Positions 61,336-64,000 of a stretch of DNA of 64,000 nt are shown in pieces. A model generated the notes under the pieces. That model saw nothing but the letters and a program-made list of their open reading frames with translations. It ran no database searches and was not told the DNA's origin. Each line of letters starts with the position of its first letter. Position 1 is the stretch's first letter. The stretch comes from Azolla caroliniana (lineage: Eukaryota > Plantae > Polypodiophyta). The position numbers and the translations under genes were made by a program. Location of the stretch: assembly GCA_043228905.1 (NCBI GenBank), contig JBHGNT010000021.1:11470001-11534000 (forward strand), in the 5' to 3' direction.

Positions 61336-63634
61336 ATCGTGAACTTCTGATGTTGTACAATAATTCATCATATAGACAGTCGTATTCACCGCTTCATCTT
61401 AATATGATTTTGACATATGTTTCTCTTTCATCATTGCCCTTGCCACCTCGAGCATGTGTCGGTTCTTGCATTCGGCTACTCCGTTTTGCGGAGGTGTGTG
61501 TCGATAGGTAAACTCCCGCTCAATTCCTTCTTGTCGAAGGTATGTTGTAAAGGTGTTAGACAAATACTCCTTCCCACCGTCCGATCGAAGGCATTAGACA
61601 TGCCAACCATTGCCTTTTCGACTTCGTTTTTGAACTTTTGGAAGTGTCAGAACACTTCACTCATCCGTCACAATAGGGTAGATCTAAGTATGTCTGGAGA
61701 AGTCGTCGATGAACATTACATAGTATCGGCAACCACCAAATGCTGCCGTTTGGGTTGGTCCCCATACATCTGAATGTATTACATCTAGCTAGGATCCCTT
61801 TGCTTTTGTTCCTCTCTTTTGGGAACGATTGTCGGTGTTTGTCGAATTGGCAAGCTTCACACCTGCCTACAATTTCCTTTTGTGTAAAAGTCGGGAGTTC
61901 AATGACAACTCCTTTCGACTGCATTCCCTTGAGTTGTTGGAGGTTGAGGTGGCCTATCCTCTTGTGTCACAACTCTATGTCGACGTTGGCTCTGTAGCCC
62001 TTGGCATACATTGTCGAGTTCATCTCGTGGGAGTCGAGGATTAAGATCCGACCTTCTCTCCGACAGCGAGCAATGAGTTGGCCGTCTGTTTCGATGAAGC
62101 ATCCTCCATCATTGAAACGGACTTGTATGCCTTGTTTGACTATCTGGGCAACTGAGACCAAGTTCTTTGTTATTGTAGGAACATGCAGAACATTCTTGGT
62201 GTAGGTTTGGTTGCCTTCTTCCCCAATAGGACATTGCCGACATGTTGAATGGGGTGAATTGTTTTATCCCCAGTTTCCACATACCCGGGTCATTTAGGCT
62301 TTCGAAGGTCCTTAAACCAATCCTTGTGGGATATGATATGGTTGGATGCACCTAAGTCAACAAACCATACATCTTCTGGTTTGGAGGTTTTGGTCGGATT
62401 GGAGGCTATCACTAAGTTCGCTCTGTACGTCATCACAAACTCTCCACCATGATTGTATTAGTTGGAGGTGGAGGTGTAGTTTGTGAGTTGTCGGCTTGTG
62501 GAGGACGACTCACTCTTCCTTTTTCGACATTTTACCTCATAGTGTGTGAATTTACCATAGTATCTGCATTGGGCGGGATTGTTTTGTCGGCTGAGTCTGA
62601 CCTGATTGCTCCCCCTTCCTCCAAAAGCTCCCCCTAGCGCGTTCAACACACCTTGTCGGTAATAGAAAGTATGTTCTCTAGGTTGCTCTTGGTTGTGTCA
62701 GCCTTGGCCGAATCAGCCTCTTCTTCCCTACCCTCCTTGTCCTCTTCCTCCCTCGAAGTTCGAATAGAGAATTTTTCCCTCTTGCGCATTGCTTATTGTT
62801 CGAACATGATTCTCCTCAACTAGCAGCATCGACTAGAGATCAAAGGAGGGAGGATTCTCCCTCGTGAGGACTGTCAACTGAATGGCTCTGAACTGAGGTG
62901 CTAAGCCTCCCAGACAAATCAGTACCATTTCATTGTCATGAATGCTAACATTGATCGACCCGAGGGCATCGCACAACTCCTTGATCTTCAAGGTGTTGCT
63001 AGGTGTAGCTACCAATTGACATGTCCCTCTATTGTATACCGTTCAACTCTTGACGGAGTTGACGTTTTCTAGCGGTCATGTCGGGAGAGAAAATATTCTT
63101 GATGTTCCCCCACGTCTCCTTCAGCGTTTTGGCCTCTTGGATGTAGCCGAGCATGTGATCATGGACGCATGATGCTAGGCAATACAACTCACAACTTGCC
63201 GCTTGCTCCCAAGCTGGGTAGTCGACATGTGTTGGGTTGAATTGATTTTTGTTTGCTCTTTCAACATAACTCCAATAACCTTGCTCGACAAGATATTGGT
63301 GCATATTGTACTCCCAAGATGCAAAGTTGTTTTCGTTGAGCTTCTCGGTGTGAACAACACTTTCCATCTGAGTGTTCATTGTCGAACTTTTTCTGTTTGA
63401 TACGAACTGTGCAGATTACTGCTACAACGATCAACCAGTTCATTCCGAACATGGGATTAAGCACATCACACGCAGAGGCGGCGCACTCTAATGTCATGTA
63501 AAGAATTAGATGGATTCTGTGTAGCGGAAAAACTGTGTGTGTGTGTGTGTGTGTGTAGAGAGAGAGAGAGGAAGAGAGAGAACTCATTATTACAAAAGAT
63601 TGTATTAACAAAGAGACAAGAATGATGAATAAAT

Positions 63635-64000
63635 CCAGTCGGATATATGGGGACCGACACAGAAAGTGAGGATAAGTGGAATACTATGTAACCTTCATCG
63701 ATGACTATGCTTGACACACTTGGGCATGCTTGATCGAGAAGAAAAGGGAAGTCTTCTCCTACTTCTTGAAGGTGAAAAGCCTTGACGAATGGGAGACCGA
63801 TCGAAAGATCAAGTGCCTAAGGTCTAATGGCGGAAAAGAGTACTTTTTTTACCAGTTCTCGTGGAAGTCGTTACTATGTAACCTTCATCGATGACTATGC
63901 TTGACACACTTGGGCATGCTTGATCGAGAAGAAAAAGGAAGTCTTCTCCTACTTCTTGAAGGTGAAAAGCCTTGACGAATGGGAGACCGATCAAAAGATC
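63635..64000 (+). mobile_element. Copia integrase fragment (element F, right part) with a 190-bp tandem duplication
   Basis: SDIWGPTQ..YYVTFIDDY..KCLRSNGGKEY. TACTATGTAACCTTCATCGATGAC repeats at 63682 and 63872. Confidence 0.85.

Larger units (their letters stand above)
47105..63634 (-). mobile_element. Ty1/copia element E; 3' LTR split by two LINEs, 5' LTR truncated
   Basis: 3' LTR pieces at 47105-47198 and 57628-57890. RH 57900-58690, RT 59540-60380, INT 60700-61900, protease WFVDLGASNH ~62340-62370, gag 62449-63379. Degenerate Met-PBS at ~63485-63496; LTR starts at 63497. Confidence 0.75.

Overview
Repeat-dominated eukaryotic DNA, most likely from a land plant. A fern-like host is inferred from the TE families, the PPR relic and the microsatellite content. 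There is one clear host gene: an intronless ORF of ~1290 aa (18186-22064) with HCF243/At3g15095-like motifs. There is also a PPR pseudogene. The rest is nested transposons, with many junctions resolvable by TG..CA termini, tRNA primer-binding sites (PBS) and target-site duplications (TSD): two Ty3/Gypsy non-chromoviruses (1-10424), a copia-in-copia nest carrying a hAT MITE (25109-34354), a Tcn1-like Gypsy/copia chimera with a solo LTR (34355-44294), and a four-level nest copia > copia LTR > LINE > Penelope-like element (46790-64000). Several tRNA-derived SINE-like sequences are also present. The standout is an apparently young Penelope-like retroelement (PLE, ~48843-53981, minus strand) with two open ORFs and no GIY-YIG endonuclease. 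Its ORF1 and RT are joined by a canonical-looking -1 frameshift cassette (A_AAA_AAC, 8-nt spacer, hairpin). ORF1 contains telomere-like (CCCTAA)n tracts, and the element replaces a deleted segment of a LINE. All calls were made by eye without database searches.
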